A stretch of 64,000 bases of DNA. Source: Dehalococcoidia bacterium. Lineage in GTDB: Bacteria; Chloroflexota; Dehalococcoidia; Lucifugimonadales; UBA3495. The number at the start of each line of letters is the position of its first letter. Positions within the stretch are counted from its first letter, which is position 1. The translations under genes and the position numbers were made by a program. The notes beneath the pieces were generated by a model. It worked only from the letters and a program-made list of their open reading frames with translations. It was not told the origin of the DNA and did no database searches. The stretch covers positions 463,806-527,805 of the forward strand of contig CBDBDN010000005.1 of the NCBI GenBank assembly GCA_965203855.1, written 5' to 3'. This document shows positions 9,779-19,354 of this stretch, one piece after another.

Positions 9779-10195
9779 TTACACGATAAACTCGCTGCCG
9801 ATGGCGGCTATAGCCCCCTCCCGGTTGTCGGTTTTCAGCGCAATCATCGTGTGGCCGGCCTGCCGGTTCAGGATGTGCATACTTTCAATGTTGACGCCGG
9901 CCCGTTTCAGGCGGTCGGCAACGCCGGCCAGCGCGCCGGGCGCATCGGGCAAATGCAGCACCAGCGCGTCATCGCTGACCGCCTTGAACCCAGCCTGGTT
10001 TAGGACATACAGGGCATGGTCATAGCGGTCAGTGGTCAGGATAATCGTGCCTTGCTCGCCGATGACCTGGGCGTTGATGGATTCTACATTGATGCTTTCA
10101 TCAGCCAGGGCTTTGGTGATGTCGGCGATGACGCCTACTTCGTTGTCCGCCATTACGATGATGCGTTGCACCGGGTTGATTGCGGCTGTGGACAT
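9779..10195 (-). CDS. tandem ACT domain protein
   Basis: DNEVGVIADITKALADESINVESI and LPDAPGALAGVADRLKRAGVNIESM. Confidence 0.9.
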   Translation of the reverse strand: MSTAAINPVQRIIVMADNEVGVIADITKALADESINVESINAQVIGEQGTIILTTDRYDHALYVLNQAGFKAVSDDALVLHLPDAPGALAGVADRLKRAGVNIESMHILNRQAGHTMIALKTDNREGAIAAIGSEFIV

Positions 10196-10304
10196 TCGGA
10201 TGCTCCTTTGGATTGCCCTTGCGAATTACCCTTATGGATTGCACTTGCTTGCCCGGCCATCTCTCCGGCCTTTTGCCGGGATGCCTTTTGCCGGGATAGC
10301 GGAT

Positions 10305-11453
10305 TCAGGCGGTTGGCGGGCGGGCGCAGTCGTCCACCAGCTCGGCAACCATTTGGCGGGTTACATGGGGCATAGTGATGATGTGGGCGATGTCGCCTTC
10401 CGGGGCCATCTGCCACTTGCGGAACACGGACGGCGCCGGCTTGGGAAATACTACGGTAACCGAGTTTTGATGCCGCCAGGCGGGGATGCCGCGCTCATTA
10501 AACTGCCCGACGGCGTATTCGGCGGTATCCAGCATCCGGGCTACTATCTTGCGGAAACCGGCGTTGCCGTGCCGGGCGAAAGCGTACCACAGCATCAGCG
10601 GGGCGATGGCGCTGCGCGAGCCCGACAAGGTAGTATCCTCAACGCCGACATACTCAATGGCGCGGCCCACCCGTTCCACATAAGGTTTGCGAGTCAGCAC
10701 GACGCCGCACGGCAGGGGCGCGCCAATCAGCTTGTGGCCGCTGACGGATACGCTGTCAATGCCGGCGTCAAAGCCGTAGGGCTGCGGGGCGTCCACGAAA
10801 GGCAGTATCATACCGCTGAGAGCGGCGTCGGCGTGGATGTAAGAGTTAGTAACGGCCAGGTCGCTGAGGATGGCGCGTAGCCGGGGAATGTCGTCCACGG
10901 CGCCGCGCATCGTAGTGCCGACATTGGCCATAATGACGGCCGGCGCATCCCGATTGACCCGTATCATTTCGTACAGGTCATCGTAGTCAATCTCGCCGTT
11001 GTCCTGCCGGCGTATCATAATGTGGCGGGCGTTGAGGACGCGCACATTTTTGAGGACGCTGTAATGGGTTTCCTCAGAGAAATAGAACATAGCGTTGGGG
11101 AACAGCTCGCGGGCCAGATAGAGGCCGTACATATTGCCCTCGGTGCCGCCGGAGGTTACATAGCCCCAGGCGTCATTCGGCGCGATATGCAGCAAGTCGG
11201 CAAAGTGCGTAATCACCTCCCGTTCAATTTCGTGGGTGTTGCCCCAGAAATTGCTGGGATGGAACGGGTCGCCCACATTGTTGATAGAGTAGCCCATAAA
11301 GGGAAACAGGGGCGAATAGTCGAAGTCCTGGTTCACCGGATAGCCAATCTGCTGCCCGGTAAGCATTTTGATGCCGTGCAGCAGCCCATCCAGCCGTTCC
11401 TGAATTTCATGCTGCGGCAGGCCGCTGTCGGCCAGGGCGGGGGCAGTAGTCAT
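10305..11453 (-). CDS. hdc: PLP-dependent histidine decarboxylase-like protein (group II decarboxylase)
   Basis: GYPVNQDFDY, INNVGDPF, WGYVTSGGTEGNMYGLYLARE, THYSV, IHADAAL, SVSGHKLIG. Confidence 0.8.
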   Translation of the reverse strand: MTTAPALADSGLPQHEIQERLDGLLHGIKMLTGQQIGYPVNQDFDYSPLFPFMGYSINNVGDPFHPSNFWGNTHEIEREVITHFADLLHIAPNDAWGYVTSGGTEGNMYGLYLARELFPNAMFYFSEETHYSVLKNVRVLNARHIMIRRQDNGEIDYDDLYEMIRVNRDAPAVIMANVGTTMRGAVDDIPRLRAILSDLAVTNSYIHADAALSGMILPFVDAPQPYGFDAGIDSVSVSGHKLIGAPLPCGVVLTRKPYVERVGRAIEYVGVEDTTLSGSRSAIAPLMLWYAFARHGNAGFRKIVARMLDTAEYAVGQFNERGIPAWRHQNSVTVVFPKPAPSVFRKWQMAPEGDIAHIITMPHVTRQMVAELVDDCARPPTA

Positions 11454-11635
11454 AAGTCGGCGGCTCCTGTGGGGTAAGCGCTTACTGGCGGTTACCGGAT
11501 TAGCGGCGGTTGCGGACTGGTAAAGCAAGGGTATGCTAAACCGGGTAAAATCGCAATGCGCGGGCGGTCATTCGCATTCGTCGTTATTCGTCGGCCGCGG
11601 CCCGTCATTCATCCCGGTTTAGCGGCTCAACTATA

Positions 11636-12139
11636 ATGCCTGGCACCATCTCAACCATTAGTCGCCGAATGTGGCGGCGCGTTTGGCATCACCGGCTGCT
11701 GTATTTCCGCCACGGGCTGTTGCGCTGGCGTGGACGCAGCCCGCAGTCTCGCCGGCGGTGGATTTTGGCCTTTGCGGCGCTGTCCTTGGCGGCGTTTGAA
11801 ATTAGCACCGGTCAGATTATAGACGGCTTTACTGCGTTCCTGGTTCAAGGAAAGATCAACCGGATACCGTGCTACAAATGGCCGACAATCGCAGAGGTTG
11901 AGCGGATTTTGGCGGAGAATCCCGAAGCGGTTAAACGGATCGAAAATGCGCCGCCATCAGGTGCGTCCATAGCCATTGGCGCTTGGCAGAGTAGCCGGTC
12001 TAGCCTGATCTTTCGCTGCCGGGGCAAAGGCTTCCTGGATATATCCTACGGCGGCTACCGGGAAATGCGGGAGATCAAGTCCATAATTGGCGACCGCAAG
12101 TATTTTCTGGGCATTCCCTATAGGTTATGGAGCTATTAG
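11636..12139 (+). CDS. hypothetical membrane-anchored protein, paralog 1
   Basis: Arg/Trp-rich N-terminus, one hydrophobic segment; C-terminal half nearly identical to 12207-12704. Confidence 0.7.
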   Translation: MPGTISTISRRMWRRVWHHRLLYFRHGLLRWRGRSPQSRRRWILAFAALSLAAFEISTGQIIDGFTAFLVQGKINRIPCYKWPTIAEVERILAENPEAVKRIENAPPSGASIAIGAWQSSRSSLIFRCRGKGFLDISYGGYREMREIKSIIGDRKYFLGIPYRLWSY

Positions 12140-12206
12140 GACGTGTTGTCAAATTCACCGTCATTCCCTATTTCGCTGGAATGACGGTTTGACTGGTTGG
12201 CTTACA

Positions 12207-12704
12207 ATGCCTGGCAGCATCTCACCCATTAGCCGCCGAATGTGGCGGCGCATCTGGCGTCATCGCTGCCGATACCGGCTGCGGCTGTATTTCCGGTATC
12301 GCCGTCCGCAGTTCTACCGACGCTGGCTGCTGTTAGTAGCCGCGCTGATGCTAACGGGTGTTGAGGTTGGCACCGGGCAGATTTTAGACACCTGTACCGG
12401 ACTCACCGCACAGGCGAAAATCAACCGGGTGCCGTGCTACAAATGGCCTACAATCGCGGAGATTGAGCGGATTTTGGCGGAGCATCCCGAAGCGGTTAAA
12501 CGGATCGAAAATGCGCCGCCATCAGGTGCGTCCGTAGCCATTGGCACCGCGCGGAACAGCTGGTCCGGCCTGATCTTTCGCTGCCAGGGCAAAGGCTTCC
12601 TGGATATATCCTACGGCGGCTACTGGGAAATGCGGGAGATCAAGTCCATAATCGGCGACCGCAAGTATTTTCTGGGCATTCCCTATGAGTTGTGGAGCTA
12701 TTAG
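12207..12704 (+). CDS. hypothetical membrane-anchored protein, paralog 2
   Basis: Tandem duplicate (PCYKWPTIAE..KYFLGIPY..WSY). Confidence 0.7.
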   Translation: MPGSISPISRRMWRRIWRHRCRYRLRLYFRYRRPQFYRRWLLLVAALMLTGVEVGTGQILDTCTGLTAQAKINRVPCYKWPTIAEIERILAEHPEAVKRIENAPPSGASVAIGTARNSWSGLIFRCQGKGFLDISYGGYWEMREIKSIIGDRKYFLGIPYELWSY

Positions 12705-12785
12705 GATATACTGTCAAATTCACCGTCATTCCGGCATCGTAATCTACCACATCGGTAGTAGAACCGGCAGCCATAGATTCTCTAA

Positions 12786-13238
12786 ATTCACCAACGAAGT
12801 GCAACGCCAGGGTATAGGGTATGGCGTTGCCACGGGAACGCGCTATCAGCGACTCAGGATCGTTGGGCGCTGCGAAATTGCCCGATTATGGACTGCGGGC
12901 TGCTCCGTCCCCGAAATTGCGGCAGTTTTGGATCGCGCGTCGTCTGCCATCCCCCACGAAAGCATCTACCGCTTCATCTACGCTCAACAGGCCCGCGCCA
13001 AGGACTATTCCTGGCGGCTTTATCTGCCACGGGGCCAATCTAAACGAGGCTGGCGCGGCGGCAATGCCATCGTCCCCATTCCGGGCGGGACGCCGCCACT
13101 AATCCCAACACAGTCCGGGCGCAGTCCGGAGGCAGATGATCGCCGTACTATAAGCGTACAACAATACGACCCGGCGGCGCCTGGGCTACCGGACGCTGGC
13201 CGCAGTATTCGCCGCCGCGTTGCACTTGAAATGTGAAT
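12786..13238 (+). mobile_element. internally deleted IS30-family element (~450 bp)
   Basis: Imperfect terminal IRs ATTCACCAACGAAGTGCAACGC (12786) / GCGTTGCACTTGAAATGTGAAT (13217-13238); transposase pieces EIARL..IAAVLDRASS, HESIYRFIY, RRLGYRT, VALEM*. Confidence 0.8.
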
Positions 13239-13301
13239 CCACATTCCGGCTTGCGCCGGAATGACGGCGAATATGACTACACCCCCCTAGTGAGTGAAAG
13301 T

Positions 13302-14621
13302 TCAACTAGGGCGTGAAGCGGATACGGCGGTGGCAGCGGTTTCGTCAAGGTTGGCGATGGGGGCGTTGGGGCCGGCTACGGCGACGGGGAAGGAGAGGGC
13401 GCGGTTGATGTCGGCGTTGCGGCGCACCAGGTACAGCGGTATGTCGTGCTGGCCGAGATAATCGGCCGCGGCTCGGAAGGTAGTTCCCGGGGCGGCGTTT
13501 GCGCCCGGCGCATCAAAAGAAGCGCGGTCAACATAACATACGGCTACATTGACGCCCTGCCGGCGTATGCTGACCAGAGCAGGCGCCCATTCGGGCCGGT
13601 TGGAAGCGGTAATGACCATTAGGGTATTGAACCCGGACAGATGCGGACGCAGTTCGTAGATGAAACGCTCCAGGGGCAGGCTGCCGTCGGCGCGCAGCCC
13701 GGCGAGGGCTTCCATCAGGGCGCCCAGCTGGTCGGGGCGCCGGTCGGGGGGCAGCATCCAGAGGCTGGCGGCGTTGGCGGCCAAGCCTACCGGCACATCG
13801 TTTTCGTCCCACTGCCGGATCAGCGATGCGGCAATCGTAACGGCCAGTTCCTCAGTGTTGTCGGGCGGTTCGCCGAGGTGAGAGCGGCGTTCCAGATCCA
13901 GCAGCGTCCACGCCTGGGCCGACACTCCGATGTCAAACTCTTTGACCATCAGGCGGTTCATCCGTGCGGTGTAGGGCCAGTGGATGCGGCGCAGGCTGTC
14001 GCCGTGGGCGTAGTCGCGCACGGCAGAGGATTCGGGAGTGATGGCCGGGGTGCGGCGCGCAAAAGCGCTGTCGCTGGGCAAGTTGGCGAACCGGCGGTCC
14101 AGGTCGGGCAATGGCACCGGGGACGGCAGCACGGTGTAGGGTCGGTCGGCCAGAAAAGTGCGCTGGAGCCGGAACATTCCGAAAGGGTCGCGGGCGGTAA
14201 CGCGCACGCGTCCGGTGCGATAGATGCCGCGGCGGGTCAAGCGGGTGGCAATGCGAAAGGAACGCTGCTGTCCGCGCACCAGGGCGACTGTGCGTCCGCC
14301 GGGATTGGGCAGGTCGGTATCCTCAACCACTTCCAGCCAGGATTTGGGCATACGGGTGCGGTTGACCAGCCGGATTTGGCCTTCCAGGAAATCGCCGACT
14401 TGCCCGCGCGTGTCCAGCCGGGAGAGGTGGACATCCAGGCCGCGCAGGTTGAGCCAGGTCCAGATGTAGCCGATGCCGATAATCAGCGACAGCGTGAACA
14501 GCAGGCGGTAAAAGAAGGGGAACCCGGTGGCTACGGCGTAGAACAGCGTTGCCAGCAGCAGCGCGGCCAGCAGGAATTGGCGCCAATGCCGCCGGAATAC
14601 GAGCTGAATGTAGGCGGACAT
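13302..14621 (-). CDS. DUF58 domain protein
   Basis: N-terminal TM pair, RRGIY..DPFGMF, VRDYAHGDSLRRIHW..ARMNRLMVKEF. Confidence 0.92.
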   Translation of the reverse strand: MSAYIQLVFRRHWRQFLLAALLLATLFYAVATGFPFFYRLLFTLSLIIGIGYIWTWLNLRGLDVHLSRLDTRGQVGDFLEGQIRLVNRTRMPKSWLEVVEDTDLPNPGGRTVALVRGQQRSFRIATRLTRRGIYRTGRVRVTARDPFGMFRLQRTFLADRPYTVLPSPVPLPDLDRRFANLPSDSAFARRTPAITPESSAVRDYAHGDSLRRIHWPYTARMNRLMVKEFDIGVSAQAWTLLDLERRSHLGEPPDNTEELAVTIAASLIRQWDENDVPVGLAANAASLWMLPPDRRPDQLGALMEALAGLRADGSLPLERFIYELRPHLSGFNTLMVITASNRPEWAPALVSIRRQGVNVAVCYVDRASFDAPGANAAPGTTFRAAADYLGQHDIPLYLVRRNADINRALSFPVAVAGPNAPIANLDETAATAVSASRPS

Positions 14622-14624
14622 GGG

Positions 14625-14888
14625 TTAGTTCTCCCAGAGCCGGGGGTTAGTGAAACGCTCGGGGATGTCGCCGTCCGTTGCGGCGCGGAATTCGTCAACA
14701 GTCATACGCAATTGCCCGGTGATAATCCGGCCCATCAAATCCGCATCAACTTCGCCATTGCCAAAGGATACGAAAGTCCGAAAGCCTAATCCGGGATAGC
14801 GATAGCGCCAATAGTCGTTGCGGGCGGTTTCAACAAATCCCATCCGCAGCAGCAAGCCGGCGCAAGGCTCTGGGGCGTACATTGGCAT
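14625..14888 (-). CDS. HicA-like small protein (putative toxin)
   Basis: LLLRMGF..GEVDADLMGRII..QLRMTVDEF pattern; adjacent to a HicB-like gene; GSH histidine absent. Confidence 0.55.
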   Translation of the reverse strand: MPMYAPEPCAGLLLRMGFVETARNDYWRYRYPGLGFRTFVSFGNGEVDADLMGRIITGQLRMTVDEFRAATDGDIPERFTNPRLWEN

Positions 14889-14897
14889 AGCGCGGCA

Positions 14898-15203
14898 TTA
14901 CGCACGGGCCAGTTCGGGGATCGGAACAGATACCCGGCGCATCCGGTAAGGGATGCTGGCGTCGGCAAGGTCGCGCAACAGGTCGGACATTGCGGCGGCG
15001 GCGGTTTCGGCGTCAATTACGCTGACGCCATCGTCCCAGGGTTCGCTGATGATGTGGGCCATGGCAGCGGCAATATCGTCCAGCGCGGCCTTTGGAGTAT
15101 CGCCTTGCCCCCAAACTCCGGCAACGGCGGTACACCAGGCAGAATAGCGGGTTGAACCGTCGGAGATTTCATCTTGCCAGACGACAACATCAAAACTGGG
15201 CAT
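14898..15203 (-). CDS. HicB-like antitoxin
   Basis: FDVVVWQD..YSAWCTAVAGVWGQGDTPKAALDDIAAAM. Confidence 0.7.
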   Translation of the reverse strand: MPSFDVVVWQDEISDGSTRYSAWCTAVAGVWGQGDTPKAALDDIAAAMAHIISEPWDDGVSVIDAETAAAAMSDLLRDLADASIPYRMRRVSVPIPELARA

Positions 15204-15252
15204 AGCGGCCTCGGTGCTTTGGGGGGATAGCAGCGACGGTATCGGCAGCGGT

Positions 15253-16242
15253 TTAGCGGGCGCCGGGCACTGGGATGGTGTCCAGCAGTTCGGCTACCAG
15301 GTTTTCGGGGCGCACGCCGCGCATTCGCACGGCCGGAGTTACTACGATGCGATGGGCCAGCACCGCCGGGGCCAGCTCTTTGACGTCGTCGGGGAGCACA
15401 TAATCGCGGCCGCGTATCAGGGCGAGGGCGCGGCTGGCCCGGAACAGTCCGAGAGAGGCGCGGGGGGATGCGCCCAGGGCGGCGTCGTGGTGGCTGCGGG
15501 TCGCTTCCGACAGAGCTACTACATACTCGCGCACCAGGCGGTCGACATATACATCCTGCGCGGCTTGCTGCAACTCGCGCACCTGCTGGGGGGTAGCGAC
15601 GGCGGCCAGGTTCGCAATGGGGTGGGTATGTTCCTGCTGGGCGATGATGGAGATTTCCTCCTCAAACTGGGGATAGCCTACACTGATACGCAGCAGGAAA
15701 CGGTCCAGCTGGGCTTCGGGCAGGGGGAAAGTGCCTTCGTACTCAATGGAGTTCTGGGTAGCGATTACCAGGAACGGCAGCGGCAGGGGATGGGTAACGC
15801 CGTCCACGGTAACCTGGCGTTCCTCCATGGCTTCCAGGAGGGCGGACTGGGTTTTGGGGGTGGCGCGGTTGATTTCGTCGGCCAGCACCAGCTGCGCGGC
15901 AATGGGGCCGGGGCGATAGTTGAATTCGCCGCTGGCCTGGTGATAGACGGAAACGCCGGTTACGTCGCTGGGCAGGAGGTCGGGGGTGAACTGGATACGG
16001 GAGAAAGAGCCGCCGATGGAGAGGGCGAGAGAGCGGGCCAGCATAGTTTTGCCGACGCCGGGGACGTCCTCGACGAGGATATGGCCCTCGGCGACGAGCG
16101 CGGCCAGGGCCTGTTCAATGACGTTGTCCTTGCCGACGATGACGGAGGCGACATTGGCGGCGATGCGCCGGGCAATGTCGGCGGCGGCGGCAGTGGCCGG
16201 GGGTACGGCGGCGGACGCATCGGTTACGGCGGCATTCGGCAC
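15253..16242 (-). CDS. moxR: MoxR-family AAA+ ATPase
   Basis: [55 protein letters not shown]. Confidence 0.95.
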   Translation of the reverse strand: MPNAAVTDASAAVPPATAAAADIARRIAANVASVIVGKDNVIEQALAALVAEGHILVEDVPGVGKTMLARSLALSIGGSFSRIQFTPDLLPSDVTGVSVYHQASGEFNYRPGPIAAQLVLADEINRATPKTQSALLEAMEERQVTVDGVTHPLPLPFLVIATQNSIEYEGTFPLPEAQLDRFLLRISVGYPQFEEEISIIAQQEHTHPIANLAAVATPQQVRELQQAAQDVYVDRLVREYVVALSEATRSHHDAALGASPRASLGLFRASRALALIRGRDYVLPDDVKELAPAVLAHRIVVTPAVRMRGVRPENLVAELLDTIPVPGAR

Positions 16243-16473
16243 GGGCGGCGCTCCTGACGGTTGAGCAGTGGCATCGCCCGACAGTTTATCATACCGCCGC
16301 AGTTGGAATGACGGTAGGGGGCCGGCATTCCGGTTGTGAGGTCGGAATGCCGGGTGGGGGTATTGACACCGATGGACAGGATGGACGGGATTAGTTCCCG
16401 CCCGTCCCGCCTATCGGCGTTGGGTTGATTTTGCTGGGGTGGCGGTGCCTCCGTTGGTACAGGATGGGGGGTT

Positions 16474-16740
16474 GTCAGGCGGTGAACTTGCTAGCGGGGT
16501 TCGGGTTTCCGAGTTTTTGGTTTCCAGGTCGGTTTCAGCCCTACGGCCGGAGGTTTTGCGCGTTGCTTTTGACGAGGCTGGCTTTTCGTCCGGGGACGGG
16601 GCGCTCCGTCTGGCGCCTTGGCAAGACCCGACTCCTTCGGTTAGTTTGACCGTGGGCGAGTAGAGAACGCCGGTGCGACTTGATTGCTGAATGACCGTAA
16701 CGACCTGGAAATCGGTGGGCTCGGAGATTGGCTGCCTGAC
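16474..16740 (-). ncRNA. putative ~267-nt structured non-coding RNA, family unassigned
   Basis: Nested long-range pairings GUCAGGC/GCCUGAC, UCCGAG/CUCGGA, UUUCCAGGUCG/CGACCUGGAAA, UUCAGC/GCUGAA; begins at the expected start site of a strong promoter; no convincing ORF. Confidence 0.65.
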
Positions 16741-16747
16741 GAATCTG

Positions 16748-16775
16748 ATTATAGCACGGCTGTACGGCTTGGCAA
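16748..16775 (-). promoter_or_regulatory. sigma70 promoter with extended -10
   Basis: Minus strand TTGCCA-16 bp-TATAAT with TG at the extended -10 position (TGCTATAAT). Confidence 0.75.
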
Positions 16776-16857
16776 TGGGGTTGTGTCATTGGCGGGAGGG
16801 GAATTTTTTACACCGGTGGACAGGATTGGGCTGATGGAGGGGCGGCGGGGTTTTGGG

Positions 16858-17196
16858 TTAGGGCTGCCGTCCCATGTAGGCAATCAGTTTGTCCAGTTGG
16901 CTGGCATCGTCCGGGACGGCTTGCTCCGGGCCGATAAAACCGGCTTGCCGCCCCATATCGGCAAACCCGGATTGCAGCATCGGAGCGGTAGGGATGCCGG
17001 CGATGCCGGCGGCGGTGAACTCCAGGCCGTCAATCAGATGGTTGAGCAGGCCGTGCACATTCCATTGGGAGCAGGGCGTGGGGTCGTCCAGCTGCGACTG
17101 GCGGACGCCGGCGATTACGGCTTTGGTGCGGGCGGTAGTCTGTTCCAGCAGCGCTACGGGGTTGGGCGTTATGGCGTCAGCGGCGGCGGCGGTCAT
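16858..17196 (-). CDS. TIGR03086-like / maleylpyruvate isomerase N-terminal family protein, apparently internally deleted
   Basis: LDDPTPCSQWNVHGLLNHL at N-terminus and DASQLDKLIAYMGRQP at C-terminus, only 112 aa. Confidence 0.65.
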   Translation of the reverse strand: MTAAAADAITPNPVALLEQTTARTKAVIAGVRQSQLDDPTPCSQWNVHGLLNHLIDGLEFTAAGIAGIPTAPMLQSGFADMGRQAGFIGPEQAVPDDASQLDKLIAYMGRQP

Positions 17197-17264
17197 CGGG
17201 ATTAGGCCTCCGGGTGGTACGGGATTGGGATAGCGGCGGGGTATAACCGTCGTTCCGGTGCTCT

Positions 17265-17420
17265 AGTCATTCCGGCGAAAGGCAGAACCTTACGGTTGGC
17301 GTCTCTATTACCGTGATGGCTGATTACGCCGCCAGATTCCGGCGTAAGCCGGAATGACGGTTGGGGGGTTGGAATGACGGTTGGGGGGTTGGAATGACGG
17401 CTGGGGGGCGGAATGACGGT
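17265..17420. repeat. REP doublet plus tandem GGAATGACGG units
   Basis: GTCATTCCGGCGAAAGGCAGAA..linker..GATTCCGGCGTAAGCCGGAATGACGG then ~20 bp units. Confidence 0.85.
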
Positions 17421-17515
17421 TTACTGAGGGAGGCATATTGCGGATATACGGCGAGTCTATGATAATGGCGTCCAAGCTGGCCGGAATGACGGTTTACTGA
17501 GGGAGGCATATTGCG

Positions 17516-18487
17516 ATGCGCGCGGTATGGTATGAGGAGAATGGCGATGCGTCGGTTTTGCAGGTTGGGGAGATGCCCGACCCGGAACCGGGTCCCGGCG
17601 AGGTGCGCGTCCGCATTGCGGCTTCGGGGGTGAACCCGTCGGATTGGAAACGGCGGCAGACGGCCGGCCCTGGCACCAGTTTTCCGCGCGTCATCCCCAA
17701 TCAGGATGGGGCCGGCGTCATTGACCGGGTAGGCGATGGCGTGCCGGCGGCGCGGATTGGGCAGCGGGTCTGGCTGTATCAGGCGCAGTTTGGGCGGCCT
17801 TTTGGCACCGCTGCCGAATATACGGCGCAGCCGGCGAACCGGGCCGTGCCGCTGCCGGACAATGCCGACTTTGAGCTGGGCGCAGGGTTGGGGGTGCCGG
17901 CATTGACGGCGCATCGCTGCGTGTTCGCCGACGGGCCGGTAGAGGGCAAAACGGTGCTGGTGCCCGGCGGCGCCGGGGCGGTGGGCAATATGGCGATACA
18001 GATGGCGCGGCTGGGTGGGGCCGCGGTCATCATCAGTACCATCAGCGGGGATGCCAAGGCGGAGATTGCGCGGCGGGCCGGCGCCGACTATACGGTGAAC
18101 TACCGCACCGAGGATACTGCCGCGCGCATTTTGGAGATTACCGACGGCGCCGGCGTTGACCGGGTTGTGGAAGTGGATTATGCCGGCAATTTTGCGGCCA
18201 GCCGGCAGGTCATCCGGCGCGGCGGCAGCATCGCTATCTACGCGGCCGGCGATGGGCCGCCGCCGCCGTTTGGATTTCCGGTCAGTAATGTCAATGTGCG
18301 GCACGTGCTGGTGTACGATATGCCGGAGTCTGCCAAAACCGCCGCCGTCAACGACACCAACCGCTGGGTCGCTGCCGGGCAGCTGTTGGGTATGGACGGC
18401 CCGCATTTTCCGCTGGCCGCGACGGCCGACGCTCACGAAGCGGTGCGCGGCGGCGCGGTGGGCAAGGTGGTGATTGATGTTCGTTAG
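17516..18487 (+). CDS. NADPH:quinone reductase (zeta-crystallin/MDR)
   Basis: SGVNPSDWK, GTAAEY, GVPALTAH, GGAGAVG. Confidence 0.92.
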   Translation: MRAVWYEENGDASVLQVGEMPDPEPGPGEVRVRIAASGVNPSDWKRRQTAGPGTSFPRVIPNQDGAGVIDRVGDGVPAARIGQRVWLYQAQFGRPFGTAAEYTAQPANRAVPLPDNADFELGAGLGVPALTAHRCVFADGPVEGKTVLVPGGAGAVGNMAIQMARLGGAAVIISTISGDAKAEIARRAGADYTVNYRTEDTAARILEITDGAGVDRVVEVDYAGNFAASRQVIRRGGSIAIYAAGDGPPPPFGFPVSNVNVRHVLVYDMPESAKTAAVNDTNRWVAAGQLLGMDGPHFPLAATADAHEAVRGGAVGKVVIDVR

Positions 18488-19025
18488 ATGTTAGTTAGCG
18501 GGGCAGTGATAGGCCGGCGTGATGCAGGATTAAACGGCCCAGAGGGGATTGCGGCGCCGGTCCGGGGCAAGGCCAGCGCCGGCGCATGGAGTTCGGGGAG
18601 AGGGCGCGTCAAAAAAGGCAGCAACCCGTTCCGTCCCGGAATTGCCCGGCGGGATTTGGTTCAGCCAATAGCGGCAGATAGTGAGTAAGATGCCGATTTG
18701 ATGATTCGGCAGCCTCGGCGAATGCCATTGCGGGAATTGTTGCGGACAGGAGTCTTTACCGCCTTACTGCAATCGCCATTACCGCCTTGGATCTAGCTCC
18801 CAAATACCTCAAAATAAACGTTGCCAACTCCGTCGGCCATTCTTGCATATTAAGCCGATACCGGATAGACTATCATCCTGTTACTGCCAGCGGTCTTGCG
18901 GCAGCCCGCCCGCCCGCCGCCGGCATCCCGGTGCCGGCGAAGTAACCGACGATGCGCTATTGTGGGGGCGGACGGCAGGCCATCCCTACGATAGCGCGCT
19001 GCGCCCGGCGTGATAAAATGCCGGT

Positions 19026-19352
19026 ATGTACGAGGTTCTTGCTTACACTGACCAACGGGGACGCAGCCCGTTTGACTTATGGTTGGATCGACAGGCGCCG
19101 CCCGTGCAACGACGCATTCATCAGGTTTTAGCCCGTATGGTGGACGGGAATATGGGCGATGTACGGAGCATTGGCGGGGAAGTAATTGAGCGGCGGGTTC
19201 ATTTTGGACCAGGCTATCGGCTCTATTTCGCTTGGGACGGGCCGACGCTGATAATCATGCTGTGCGGCGGGGACAAGAGCAGCCAACGCAATGATATTAC
19301 CAGCGCTCGTGCGCGCTGGCAGGATTATAAAAACCGCTCAACAGGAGGTTAG
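19026..19352 (+). CDS. RelE/ParE-superfamily addiction module killer toxin
   Basis: GRSPFDLWL..GNMGDVRSIGG..VHFGPGYRLYF..LCGGDKSSQRND. Confidence 0.92.
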   Translation: MYEVLAYTDQRGRSPFDLWLDRQAPPVQRRIHQVLARMVDGNMGDVRSIGGEVIERRVHFGPGYRLYFAWDGPTLIIMLCGGDKSSQRNDITSARARWQDYKNRSTGG

Positions 19353-19354
19353 CT

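Noticed and set aside
16474-16740. tmRNA, SRP RNA or RNase P identity for the structured RNA
   Set aside because: No tRNA-like GGGG/CCACCA ends or tag ORF, no SRP domain IV CAGG..GGAAGGAAGCAG motif, no RNase P GAGGAAAGUCC motif on either strand. 6S cannot be excluded by eye.
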